From: Antedon mediterranea
Lineage: Eukaryota > Animalia > Echinodermata
Direction of reading: 5' to 3'
Length of the DNA: 64,000 bases
Assembly (NCBI RefSeq): GCF_964355755.1
Contig: NC_092672.1
Span: forward strand, 19,543,237 to 19,607,236
The notes under the pieces were generated by a model. That model was not told the origin of the DNA, did no database searches, and saw nothing but the letters and a program-made list of their open reading frames with translations. The position numbers and the translations under genes were made by a program. Position 1 is the first letter of the stretch. Each line of letters starts with the position of its first letter. This document shows positions 15,101-30,100 of this stretch, one piece after another.

Positions 15101-18100
15101 AATTAATTCAAATTGTTCAATACAATTTAAAATATTTAAAATTCCTTAAGTATTATCACAAATAAATATTTTTTTCAATTTGTAGCATTCAAAATACAGT
15201 AGGAGGGTTTGTTTATAATTTTATAATTATATTACTCGATGGGTGGCACCCAAAAAAATTAATTTTTTTTTAAACTCCATCTTTCATGGTATTGCATTCT
15301 TTGAAAATTACCTTTTTTTTCAATGAGCTTGCCTGAATCTTCGACTGTCTGATGTTTTCGCTTCTCCTTCTCCTTCCTTTTTATTTGGATTTATATCGTA
15401 TTTTGTATCATCTTCTTCCCAACTTTTTTATAAATTTTTTCAGGGAGCCTAGGCGTAAAGTTTTTAAACTTATATAGGTTTCCTTCTACACATACTATGT
15501 TTTTTATTGGTTATTATCAAGTGTTTATATAATTATTATTTTATGTATTTTTAATATAAGCAGAACATTTATTGAATATTTATTGAAAATTGATTAAACA
15601 AATCAAATCAAATAAAACAAATCATAATATATTAATTTTGTGTATATGCTAAAAATGCCTTAGTAAACAACTCACATGTTGTATACGAATACCATAGGGC
15701 TACTGGTTTAAATTTTGGTTTATATCTAGTAAGACTAATAATACAATTAATGTGCATTACTAGAGTAAGCTAAGCTAGTGTCATGTTTTGAAATTAAAAT
15801 GACCATTTTGATTAACTGGCATATATACAGTAAATGAAAGTGTGAAACTATTGTTTAATAGTGAGTACGGTAGGTGTACTATTTAAATGTTATGATTTTC
15901 TAAAAACTAAATGATGGTTACATCACCAATAGAGTTAGCCTAGGCATCTAGGCTTATAATAGGCCTACTAGACAATATGTGAAAAGGTAATTAAATAAAA
16001 TACTTTTTGTCTTTTTCTATTTGGACATTGGAATCAATCATAAATACATTTATATTTTTTTTTCTGTTACTTAGACATTTTTTCATTCATACTTCTTAAA
16101 GTATGTCACTGTAGTAATGTCTAATAAGTACCTCTAAATTATTGAATGCACTTCCTAATGATATCACATGTACCCCGATCTCAAGGAATTGTTTTCTGTA
16201 TTTTAAGTAAAAAACTACATTTCATCAAATTACTAGTATATTTTAAATGATTATTGTTAGCCGTTTTTCATCTCCTCTGCCGCATATGGCTACTAAATTC
16301 CAATAATTACCATTTATATCGTTTAGTGTCCTGTTTATTTGTCTGTTTTTTTTTGTATGTGTTTTGTTCTGTATTTTTGTTTTATTGTACATGGCTTGCC
16401 CGCCACAAGTAACTTCTAGTTTTGCCTCTTCTTTTTAGCAATTAAAAAAAATTGTATATGTTTATTTTTTGAAGCAAAAGTATATTTATTATTATTTTAA
16501 TTCTTTATTTTTGTCAAATGTTAATGTTCTATTTAAAAGAATAATAAATGTTACTTGAAATGAAATGAATTTATAAATTATGGAACTATTAAGAAAGAAA
16601 ACAAATCAAATAGTTTATTCATATCGATATTGCAAAATTATTTTACAACTCTTTATAGAGTATTGAAAAACTCATTTTATGTGTTATTATTAATTCTTTA
16701 AATTGTATTAATCTATTAATCAATTTTTCCTGTTGTAATCTTTTGTGGTCATTTTTAGATTTTATTTTGCATATGTTTTATGCACACATTATGTTTGTGA
16801 ACAAGCTCCATTACAAAAATGATTTTATTATTATTATTATATTATAACTTATATTATCAAGGTTCTTTTATTTTTTAATAAATCCCAAAAGTTTGAGATC
16901 TGTCAGTCTTTATAGTATAAAGCTGGGGTTAAGACAGAGCTAAAATCCTCTGTATAGGAAATAGGGTAGTATAAACTCTTGAGATGGTGAAAAATGTTTC
17001 GCAGAGCAAAGTTTTTAATGGAATTTTTATTTTATGACCTCTCCGCCCCCCCTACCCCCAACTAAACAAGTTTTAGATTACATCTTTCCTCTTGAGTTTA
17101 CTTTGTAGTATAAATGAAGCATGGCCTCCTGAGCTCAATTTGATTCTTTCAAAGTTAAAATAATATATATACTAAAAGGAAAATAATATGTGTTACTAAA
17201 GTCACGTATCCATGGTGATTGTGATGACAGGCCCAGACTCTATACTATACCTGATATTACGATACTATCTGAATTAAATATTCAGCCAGTGTGCAAAAAC
17301 CTCTGGATACTATTTAAGTTGATTATCAATGACTTAAACAATTTAGCATTCCTATAATGCAACACCTTTTTAATGTTTATATTATATAATGCTTTTTTTT
17401 ATACACATTATTATACATGGATAAAACATGCAATTGATTTAACATGTTAAATTGATTATTCTAATTACAATTTTTGTTGTAGTGTGTAGTATTGATAACA
17501 TTATTAGATTTTTGGTAGGCATGTTATTATGCATAGAAATCTTTTGAATTGCAATAAATAAACACATGACCTTTGTGTACGACAATTAAAAAAAGCATTA
17601 TAGTGAACAAAAACTATGATGCCAAGTTGGTGCTCTTGGCAGAAATTTGTTTAAGGATTGTTGTATTTTCTTGAGAAATCAGTAGATCAGAAATATTTAA
17701 AAAACAATAATTAAAATGAAGTTGCAACAATTTGAATATCATTTATTAGTAGGAATGTACAAAAGCCCTAAACGCATACTTACAGTGAGAGCTCACACAT
17801 TTCATTTTACATACACATGCACTTGAAAATGAAAGTTAAACAATGATGACACATTATCTTCAAAACAAATGTAAATGTACTTTACATTAATTGTTTCTCC
17901 ATTTAACTGTTTTCCTAGTCACATATTATCATTTATTATATGGGACTGTTTTGTACTACAATTCTTTATGCTGTTATCAAAATGACTTTATACTATACTG
18001 CAATATTTACATTGATCTTCTGTTCTGGTAAAGTAGACCCTATCATAGAGGCTTACACTATGTATATCAAGGTCTACTAGCCCTAATTTGGCCAACATTT

Positions 18101-21100
18101 TTGGCCAACATTTTCGGCCGCTATAAATGTATTGGCCACGAAACATTAATTACATTACTCAAATTTTGCGCCACCTTAATTCTGTAGTATTTGTCCATAG
18201 TATTTCAAGAACGAATTCTGCTCATTATAATATTTTTAATTCATTTCCACGTCTGTTCATAACTTGCCTCCAAATGTTAAAGATAGTCTAGTTAGTTTTA
18301 GATAGTTTTCCCTTTTTTCATTTATATATTCACTTAAGAAAAACTTGCCTCAAATACCTGTCTGAACTCAATGAAATGTGAAATGTTATTTTAAACTGTT
18401 TTTCTGTATTTAAGTTTATTTAATTTTTACACTTTAGGGGTGTCATACTTTATTTCATCGTTCACACCAACAGTTGATTGGATTGAATGTAATGTTTAAA
18501 TATTATCTACTCAACAAAAGTATGTTCCATTTGTATAATGTATAGTAATAAATTAATAAACCTTACATTATTCTTTCTTTGCGCATCTAAATACCTTATA
18601 AAGTATGAATACACATGTGGTTGATAATCACAATAAAATAAAATATAGATAAATTGGCCAGACATGACATACATGTTCTTTTAATTCTAATTGGTACACA
18701 TACTGGCCCACATCTTTCTGTTTCACTACATCATACTGGTCCTGCCAGTTGAATCTATTTCTACAGAGCAATCTCACTATTTAAACAAATTCCGAAACTT
18801 ATTTAAAAGGTGAGATTCTATGGTGTTTTCTGTCTGCAAATAACTTTCAGAATTCCAATAATTCAGACATCAATGAATAAAAATAAACAAGAAATAATTT
18901 TTACTGTAAAAAAAGACTTTCTGAGATAACGGTTTTTAATATTTTTCTTTCTTCATTAAATGATATTTTTTAAATTGATATTCTATTTAATAATTTAAGA
19001 AATAAAGATTTATTATCAATTATTTTTGTTTAAAAATCAGTAGTAAACATTTTGTGTAACATAAATATAGTTTAAATTACTATAGACTATAGTACTATGC
19101 ATATTCTGAGTGGCATTACTCCCTAAGGTTGGAGTGACCCACTCATACCCATACATTTCAGTGAACAAAAAATGTATAATTTTCCATGAGCCTTCGTTGT
19201 ACAGCAGCAGCCGACAAACATACACACTAATCAAACAATTGTCATCTGTATACACCCCATTTGGCAAAAATATTTACCATATAGAAAGGATTGTTTTGAC
19301 CATTCTTCAATGATATATATGATGGTAATTATACTTGGCCTCTATGTTGACAGCCAAAACACAGTTATTGTTTATTGAACATAGGTCTTACAAACTAATG
19401 TCTGCATACTGTACATATCTCAAAGACCCTCTGTGCACATGCCCAGTTTGAGTTTACAAATTCCCATTTAGACTTTCTTACCAGACCTGCTTTGTGGTGT
19501 GCTCATGCCCAGTTTGTGTTTCTAAATACCCATTTTTTCAGCCTCAGTAATCTATTATAAGCTTCTGCATGGCTAATGCTTCCGTTCTCTTGAATGTAAC
19601 TGCCTAAAGGACTGGTGCGAAAATTATTGTTTACTTTTGAAAATTAACTTTTTTATTTATTTTATTTACTGAAGTATAAAAAATGTTGATGGGATAAGCA
19701 ATGATTATGGAACATACAGCACTTTATTTGTTTATTGGTATACTCCTGGTGAGCATGGTCTACTATGAAAGTTTTAGCCTCAGTGAATATTATTCACATC
19801 CTATACACAATATATTGAACTTTTTGTCTTCAATGTTCATCAAAATAATATATTAATATCAGATTATTTATTTTTGTTTTAAATTAGTTATATAGGATTT
19901 ATATAATTTTTTATTAGATAATTGTTAGTTGCATTAAATTTGTTTGAAATGTCAGTATGTATACATATGAATAAATAATGTTTATTACTTCTTTTATAAT
20001 TACTGTATAATGTCTTATTTCCAGTGATTGTTTTTGTTATATCCTTGAAATAAAAAGAATATAACATTTTTTTTGGTGTAAATTTTAATCATTTTAATAA
20101 GTCAATTGATTGATTGATTTTATTCGATATTCATACATAAAAAGTTAAAATATACAATGTATTAAAAGAATACCTGGATAACCCATTAAGTCGACAAAAA
20201 AGTAAACTTATTTCCAATGGGGTCCAATCCGTAATGACGGATATATTTATAAATATAAAACACAAATAATAAAGATGTTATAAAATCTATTAAAATGTAT
20301 AAATTTTAATATTTTTTACATTGATATGATTTGTTTGGTATCAGCCAAACCTTCACCCACTTTAAAGACAGGCTTGAGCTATCCAGGGAGGTATGGAAAT
20401 GGTCATGGTATTTCTAAAAACTGTCCATTTGATCTAACAAATAAAAAAAATGAAAACATGTTTATACATATATCTGTTATGTGGTTCAAAAAGATGTCTA
20501 AAATTAACTTGTTTATCTATTTTAGTCGTGTGCAACGTGACTCTACAGCTCACTATGTTGGTCGGTCGGTGAACACTAACTCAAATTTGCGCACACGACT
20601 GCAGCCATGTATATGGCCTTGTTTTTTTATCAGATTAAACTCAACATTAATATTGTTACAATCAATATTTAGACTAATGTGTGTACGTCAAACCTCTTAA
20701 AACGGACAATGTTTTGTTGGTACACTAACAAATCTTTCTTTAGAATAGTGCAGGCCATTATCTCTGATAATATAAAATAATAGATTTGCATTACATACAA
20801 AATAATATTCCATGTGCAAGGCTTCCAATTGAAATGAAAGTACCAAAGCAATCGATAAAATAGGATATGCTACACTCACAATAACTTGTACTAGCTAATG
20901 CCACCATCACACCATACAGCAATGAACTATTTCTTTGCTCTATGATCGCACAAAGGATAATTTAAATATATTGAAGTTTTAAACATGCCCCTGAAAGTAA
21001 AAGTTTGTACACCAAACCAATCCAGTAGTTTAATATTTAAACAATATTAAATAAAAAAAAAGTTAATTAATTTAAATACCAGGCAACAACATTTTTATGT

Positions 21101-24100
21101 AAAAACTGGAATAATAATAAAAATGTATACAAAAGTAGAAATAAAATTTAAAAAAGCTAATTTGATAGTATTTGTGTGCATTGCGTATATGATCACAACA
21201 CACACAGCAAATACAAGTTACAAATTGAATTTGAAAATTGACACTTAATGGATGTATAATTATATAAAATATTAATTAACCAATAAATATGTAAAAGATT
21301 AACTTGTATGATTTTATATTTTAGTTTGGAGAATCAGCTTTGCATTGGGCAGCTAAGGCAGGTCACTCAGCCTGCTGTAACCTGCTGGTTGATGCAGGGT
21401 CAGACATCAGTATCCAAAACATAGTAAGTTATACATTCTTTCATAGTCATATTTTTTGATATTTTGTATTTTAAATATAATGATCTTTTGAATAATAATA
21501 TCTGCATGTTATAATGCTATTTAATGTTTTTATTTAACTGTATTGATGCTAGAATTGGCATTATTTGAAGTTTTTCAATATATTTTTTTCTCTGATATTT
21601 AGTCATAAAAATTGCTATGACACTATACATTTTGTCATGTTTAAACATTTCCATTGAACTCTTTATAAAACAATAAAAACTACAGCAACATACTATTGAA
21701 ATATAATCCTTATTCCAAAGTGTAGATATACAGTAATTAAGTCGGAATTATGTACACTTCTATTACACAAAATTTCAATTTTTTTTAGTTCATTTTCACA
21801 AAACTGTTTAATAACTTTTGAAACACTATGATTCTACCTATATATCACATAGAGGTACAAATGATCAAAGATGCTAGTTGATAGACATATAGACTGTATT
21901 CATTTATTTTATAATTATTATCATACTCATTTACCTTTATTCCTTTCAACAACATCACCACCAACTCCAACCACCTCCTGGTTATAGTAACCACCACCAA
22001 TCCCAAGAATGATGATGCAGAATTTGGTTGAGAGCTAAAGTGATCTTTTAATACACACCACAATTATAGTTCTTTGTTATTAGGTTGTAATTATTTTTTC
22101 CATATACAATATAAGATACAGATAGTATATCTGCCACATTTATTCTTTCTTTATACTCAGGATTAACAAACATAAATAAAACTGAAATAGCGGCACAAAT
22201 ATAATTTTTGTAAGTTATTTACCGTACCTAGTTTTTAACAAATCACCTTACATAATAATTACAGTATCAAACCACCATTACAATGTCATACAAAATAAAA
22301 AAATAAACAAATCATCATTAGCATAACTAGGTGATGATTGATCCATAGCAATATTTTTAGTCTATTTAAAAAAATGTTTATTTCTTAAAATTTATTTAGA
22401 TATACATACACACATAGTAAATTATAGTAAACAAAAAATAAATGGAAATTGTTTAACACTAAACAACCTACATTAGAGGTGAAATACCACTAAGAAACAC
22501 AAGAAAGCTGAACTTAGACTTAAATGTTCTACACAACTGTAACAAGTTCAGAGTGTATCCAACATTTAACATTATGACATATTTTAGACCACTGACAATG
22601 GTGATCACCAGTGCTTCGCAAAGTCTGCAGTTGCACTTTATATCATGTTTTATTCATTCATATTTATCTCCATCATCCAACTTTATCAAACAAAACCTTT
22701 TTGAGGATAAACATACAGTAGCTATATGTAAGGTTCAACTTTAATAATTTTAAAAAGTTTAACATTTTCTAACATTAATGTTAAAAGATTACTTTTAAAA
22801 GAACTTATATTATAATTTCAATTTTCAGTACAAGCTATTTAACAATTAAAAAAAAATATATGCCAAGTTATTGTAGCATAACTTTATATTTTAATCAATG
22901 GATGTAAATGACTTTGCATTATATAAATGTATTAGAATTGTTTATAAACTCTTAATTGTTGTAGATTCTATTTCAGTACAACCTTTTTTTAAAACTAATA
23001 TTGACCTTTGTTCATCCTTGTTTCAGTTTGATAGTCCTACCTTTTCAATAGAATTACATTCATGTTCACAGAGTAAATTAAGATTTATCTCCTTTAAAAT
23101 TAAATTCAATAAAACTATATCCCATAACAATTTTCCTATGAATAAATAGATGGAATTATTCTTAGTTTATTGATTTGATTCAGACCAATTTCATACACAT
23201 TTAGCAATATTTGTTTCATTTTTTAACTAATAATATGCATAGAAAATGTTTATTTTACAACTACAATACCTCATTAAGTAATTCATTTATTTACTTTTTT
23301 ATGGCTTTAACTAGTTGAATTCTCTCATGTTACCAATATAAAGTCTTAATCGGTAATAAATTTCTATTGATCATACATTCTAATAAGTTATGTTTCATAA
23401 TTTTTTTGATTTTATTGTGTTACAATAAAGGAAAAATAAACGGTGTGGGAAAAAACATAATCAGATGACTAAATATATGTAATATAACGTTTTAATACAT
23501 TTCTGGTGTTTTTGTGCAACTTCAAATTTTTATTTTTGTGCTATAGTTTAGTAGTAAACTAAATTTATCTTCCCATTTCCACCCTTTAAGACAGAATAGT
23601 CCAACTTCCCTTCCCCTGTAGTAGAGCACCGTATCAAGAATGTTAAATAACAGACAAGAGACATAAAATTGCTTGTCTACATACACTTTATTCACAGTAC
23701 ACATATGGCTGAATGCATATAACAACATTACTATAAGCCCAACAACTGGGAAACCTTTAACATGTGGCTTACCTTTCATTGGTCATGCTTTATAACAACC
23801 TACCTTAAACCCCTGCGTTAGCGGCTAAGGTAACACCAACCCAGCGAATGCTATGCAGTCCAAATAGATACTTATTGTACCCACATCTTCGTAAAATATC
23901 CTTAAACAGCACGGCAGCGTGAATAGGACATCTTTCTAGCATGTGGCTACTAGTCGATTTCACTGACTAAATAGTGCTAATGTGGTTCCATGCCTTCTAC
24001 TCTCTATATCAGCATGTATAAAGACCCAGGTATCGTGTCCAACAATAATGTCCAACCACCAATAGTTCTTGATAGTTCAAACACTGAATTATTTAATATT

Positions 24101-27100
24101 TTAAATAAACTAAAATTTACACTATGTAGTATTTTTGTAAAAAAATTAATAAAATATGCACTAAATGTTGATTTTCCTTTTACCTAAACCTTGTATTATT
24201 TTAGGTAAATACAGAATTTCATTTACAGTATTGTGGTACAAAACTATGGAACAATCAAGTCCTTCTGTTGCTGAATTATTTCTTGTAATGTTAAATCTTT
24301 GATTAGTTTTACACCTTTTCACCTTCTGTCAATTATTGAAGAATTACTGACATTCAGTGATTGAAGCCTTCATCTAATGTTCAAGCAGTATTGTTATAAT
24401 GTGTTTTTTATTGAGAATTGTCCTATAATTTCACACATAAATTAATTATTCCCTGAGATTTGAAATCAAAATAAAATGTACATTGACTTATTTAATAATT
24501 GCCCTGATTTAATGCACAACTATTAATTTAGATTGTATACTGGCTTTTTCTTTTTATCCAAATGTACATATAGTGGAGTCTGTTAGGGCTGAAATAAGGG
24601 TGTTTGGTTCAGTTTCTTCCAAAAGCACCAAATTTGGTATACAGGTTGCCCACCCTATACAAATTCAATTTTTGATGGGCGCCAAGCAAAATGACCCCTT
24701 GGGTCACCTAATTTGCATAATTTAAAATGGCGGACATTTTCGCTTAAACATTCTATATCTCTAAAAATACTGGTCATAGAGAGTTGATTTTTAGCCCAAA
24801 ATGTTCAGAACATAAACATTCCTATTTACTCTAATGAAGTTTTTTTGAAAAAAATGACCGGAAGTACCAGTTTTAACCTTTGACCTATATTTTAAGGCAT
24901 TACCATATCTCAGTAAATAGTTGTCACAGACAGTTTATTTAAGTGTCAAATTGTTCAGAATATATTATACAAATAATGAATGTTTATGAGTGCAATGGTA
25001 CAAATAATGGCACGAGGTGAATGATGAAAGGTTATATCAACGAGGCAAAGCCGAGTTGATATAACCTTTCATCATTCACCAAGTGCCATTATTTGTACCA
25101 TTACACGAATACAAAACATTCATTATTTGTTTTATATAACATCTAAATAACAAACAAAAATGTTTCAAAAAGTACTATTTAACGATCGTTGAATAGTGCG
25201 TACTATTGCACGCCATGTGACCCACATTCGTCCAATCAAATGACCGGAATTTATATAGGTGTTATATAAATGTTACTATTTAATTTAATGAAACATTTTA
25301 TCCAAAAATGACCGGAAGTACTCAGTTTTGCCTTTGAACGTTACGGTGTAATTACCAACCTTGTTACGGTTAATATATTTTGATATCCATAAAACTACTT
25401 GTCATAGAGAGTTAATTTTGGTGTCAAAATGTTCAGAACATAAACATTTCTATTTACTATAATAAAGTTTTTTCTCAAATAATGACCAGAAATACCATAT
25501 TTGACCTTTGACCTGTTTTTTCAGGCAAATTGCCATATCTCATTATTGGGTTGGAGTGGAAAGTTCATTTTGGTTTCAGATTGTTCAGAATATATATGTT
25601 TCTATTCTGCTTAATAGAAGACTTTTCAAAAAAATGTCAGGAAGTATAGTTATTGACTTGTTAAATACATAAAATTTATAAATTTGTTCAGTTAATTGTA
25701 TAGTTAACTGTATATTTATGATATTATTTTGCAACCCACTTTTGAGCACTTGTCGAAGATGGCTGCTTGCATGTGCAATTGAACAAAGTATACTGAACAA
25801 AGTTGAATAGATTGTCCTATTTGTAGTGAGTCTAGAGTAATGTAAATGAGAAATGAGAAAATTGTATATACAAAAAATACCCAATCTCATCTAATCGAGT
25901 ACTTAAATGAAGTCTTCTACGCATTAACTCTCTATGACAAGTAGTTTTATGGATATCAAAATATATTAACCGTAACAAGGTTGGTAATTACACCGTAACG
26001 GTCAAAGGCAAAACTGAGTACTTCCGGTCATTTTAGGATAAAATGTTTCATTAAACTAAATAGTAACATATATATTCTGAACAATTTGACACTTAAATAA
26101 ACTGTCTGTGACAACTATTTACTGAGATATGGCAATGCTTTAAAATATGGGTCAAAGGTTAAAACTGGTACTTCCGGTCATTTTTAAAAAAAAAATACTT
26201 CATTAGAGTAAATAGGAATGTTTATGTTCTGAACATTTTGAGCTAAAAATCAACTCTCTATGACCAGTAGTTTCAGAGATATAGACTGTTTAAGCGAAAG
26301 TGTCCGCCATTTAAAATTATGCAAATTAGGTGACCCAAGGGGTCATTTTGCTTGGCGCCCATCAAAAATTTAATTTGTATAGGGTGGGCAACCTGTATAC
26401 CAAATTTGATGCTTTTGGAAAAAAGTGAACCAAAATATCCCTAACAGACTCCACTTGAAAAACATAAGCACTCATTTTGAGGGCTTGTGATGAGTTAAAA
26501 ATCAAATAATTTATTATCAAGTTAAAGTTCAAAACAATTTTTTTTGTAATGGTCAAATGAATACAAAACAGAAAATATATTTAGGTTACATTAATTTCTT
26601 TAAAAAGTAGCATGAAAACATAAAATAAATTACATGAATAAAGGTAATAACTATACAGGAACCAAAACTTAAAATAAATAAATAAAATCAACAGAAATAT
26701 AGACAATAGCATATTATTTTATCAGAAAAGTAGTTGGAGAGATAATGATTTTCAATTATTATACAAAAGTCTTTCTGATTAGAAACAAGGGTTGAATCAA
26801 GACAATTTCACCTATATTTGGGATAAAACATTATTTTTTGTTTAAAATAATTGCCAAACTCTGCAATCATCCAAAAAACATAGCAAACCTCATTTAACCA
26901 ACATAAAAGTGATAGAATCAATAGTGTACAACTCACTTGGTTTGTCAATTAACAAATTTAAATATATTTTTGTTAAATACTTAATTTTGTGGTTATAAGC
27001 ATCATTTTTTGGTTTAAAAACAATATTGATAAACCTTCACCGCCCCAAACAATGTTACAGTAATGTATAAGTAAAACATTTTATTTTAATTTCTTTAGAA

Positions 27101-30100
27101 TACTAATATATTTAGATATTTTATTTGAGAAAAATTGTTGGCAGCCAATAATCTAATTAAAAGACCAAGGAATGATACTTCACTTTTTTCAATTAATTTT
27201 CCATTAAAAAAATATAACAATTGTTGTGTGTAAGTTCACTAATACAATTAGTTTTAGTCGTATTATTTAATAATTAGTTTGTAGTGAACAATTTACTAAC
27301 TTACTTAACTTTAAATTTAAAAAGTTCAACAAGACATCAATATTGTTATGAAAATATAAAGTTGTATCATCTGCATAAAAAAATATTGTGTCTGAAAGAT
27401 TTACTAATTATTAATTTGAAATAATGATTTCGATCTGTAAAATATCTTTTTAACCACGCTATGAAAGGCCCCAAAATACCATAACGAAACAACTAGAAAA
27501 TATCATGGTTAACAACATCAAAAGTTTTTGATAAATCTAGAAAAGTACTTTCAAATGCAGTATTAACAGAATTATATTAGTGAGTTCAAGAAAAGCATGA
27601 CAAGTGGTATTGTATGCATACATTTTTCATTATATTTTTGAAAAAATGGGTAAAATTAAGATTGGTATAAAAGTATCTATTTTTAAATACAGGATTTACA
27701 TTTAATATGATTAGGTACAGAACCCATCATGAATGATTAATTAATGGCGTATGTGAGATGGCTTATAATTAATGGAGCAACCTTTTTAAGAATCATGCTC
27801 TGAACCTTTACTAGAATTCAAATTATTAATTATATTAAGCACTTCTGTTTCAGATATAAATGAGAGGCTATATGGGAGGTGGTAATTAACAGATTAGGTC
27901 TTTGCCATTTTAGAATATAGAATTACAGAGTTTTACAAATGTGGCTATACTTTTTATCTTGAAATATTTGAACTTTTATGAATTTTTAAAAGTTTATGCT
28001 AATGTTTACTAAATTTATTTAGGTGGGGTGTGTAGAGGGTGTCATCAATAGTTGTTTTAGTGTTTTGGTTTTTTTTTAACTTCAAAAAGTATATAAAAAA
28101 ATGTATCCAACATTAGGATTAACTGTACAGTTTAGACGAATCAGTTTGAGAAAGATAAAAGCAAAATGCACCTATATCTGTAATTCAGTATCAATGGTCA
28201 AGAACGTCAACCTTATTGAAAGTTAATCATAATCAATTATTTTTGAAATAGGTAAATGATCAGAGATGTCTGAATTGTAATACCTGATGAAATATCAATC
28301 CATAAGACCATAATTTAACATCAAATAAATAGTCATAAAATTAAATCTTCTTTATTTTAATATATTCCTCTTTTTGTTTTCTTTTGAAAAAGGTTTTAAT
28401 ACACCAAGAAAAAAAAACACAAATATAAACATCTACCCTGTATACACATGGGGTCAGATCATCTTTCTATTTGACCTATTCGCTTCCCTTCAATATCTAC
28501 ATCCGTCGCTAGGACAGAATAATCTGGATTTTTTTGTTTTACATTAATCCAAGTTAATCAACTACCACACTTTATTTCAAATAATAACATTTTTTAGCTT
28601 AATTATTTTTTTGTTAAATGGCTGCATAATTAGTTATCCACACCTTGGCGGATAACTCCTTGTGATTGTATAAAATCATCATCAACTTTTTTTATCTGTA
28701 TTATTCTTCTTTCATTCCATATTTCATAACTTTGTATAGTTTTGTGCACCTCCTACTTTTTAAAAATGTCAGAGTTGCGCAACATGACTTTCGCACGATT
28801 TTATGAATTTAAATGATTGATCATAGATTAAAAACCAAACGTCATTTTGTATTGACACTTTTTAAATTTAAGTCATATCAAGAGTAACTTTCTGTGGATT
28901 GAAAATGCCATGCTTCACATAAAGTTACGCGCACAAGATTTTTTCTTATACCCAACACCTGCAATTGCTGTAACTAATAATGCGTATTTTCATTATAAGC
29001 CTTAAAAGAATTGAAAAGTCAATTAAACCATCAAATATTATTTTAATGATTTTACTGATTTTGATTTTAAATGTATTATGGCTACCCTTACAGTACATGA
29101 TGGCATTGTTAACCCTATTTCACATTGACCATTCTTATTATTTGAAATACATTATGGCTACTCATACATGCTGATTGCCTTCTTAACCCTATTTCACATT
29201 GACTATTCTTTTTATTGTACAAGTTACTAAATGTTTTAGTTTACTTAATTCACTTCCCACAACCTTAATCAATAATCACCTTGACAAATTTCAATATAAA
29301 TTTACCTCCTGGTTCATCCTGTTTTTCATCACTGTTTTCCTCCTTGTACTCTATTTGCACAAACATACTTTGCCTATTATATTATTCTTAATAGTGTTGT
29401 TGTTTACAATAGTGATGAAAGCATTAATTTTGAAAATTTCTGTAATTTCGCGTGGAAGTAATCATATTTATCTTAATTTATGTCATGTTCATCCCACCAA
29501 AATCTGATGATGAAAACAGTTACCATGAAATTAGTACTTATGTAGAAACAAGGCTATATAAAAAAGGATAGATTCAGGGTTTAACAAAATATATGACATA
29601 ATCAATTCTAACCGGCTGAAAACATCTATTGAAATCCTCCATACATTATGTAGAAGAGCTGACTATTGCAATATGCTTTATTAGTTGATGCCATTCCAAA
29701 AGATTGTAAGTATAATTAAGAATCATAACAACAATATGTCAAATTCAAATTCAAATATTCTTTATTCATCCTCAATCAAGAAAATATACAACAACAATAT
29801 ATGAGAACATAAAAAAAATGAAAAGGAATCACATAAAAACTCAAAAGAGCTTGATTAGTTGTGTACCCCTACGTCCCTAACTAGCCTAAAAAACTAAAAC
29901 ATAAATAATAAAAAAGCTGTGCATACATACTGTCTGTACATATTAAGGATGAATGTATTATAACAATTAAATAACACATAACACATAACAGCAAAATGTA
30001 TACTCATGCTTTAAATCAAAAGCTATTACTTCTCGTGTTTTGAACAAATGGAATGTTGCTCTCAACGCCCAAAACATAAATCCGATAAAGAAGGTGAAAA

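Noticed and set aside
11500-21300. Extra or decayed ankyrin exons in the 14-kb intron
   Set aside because: I found no G-x-T-(P/A)-L-H-type segment with splice sites by eye. A six-frame ankyrin HMM scan is needed to exclude degenerate ones.
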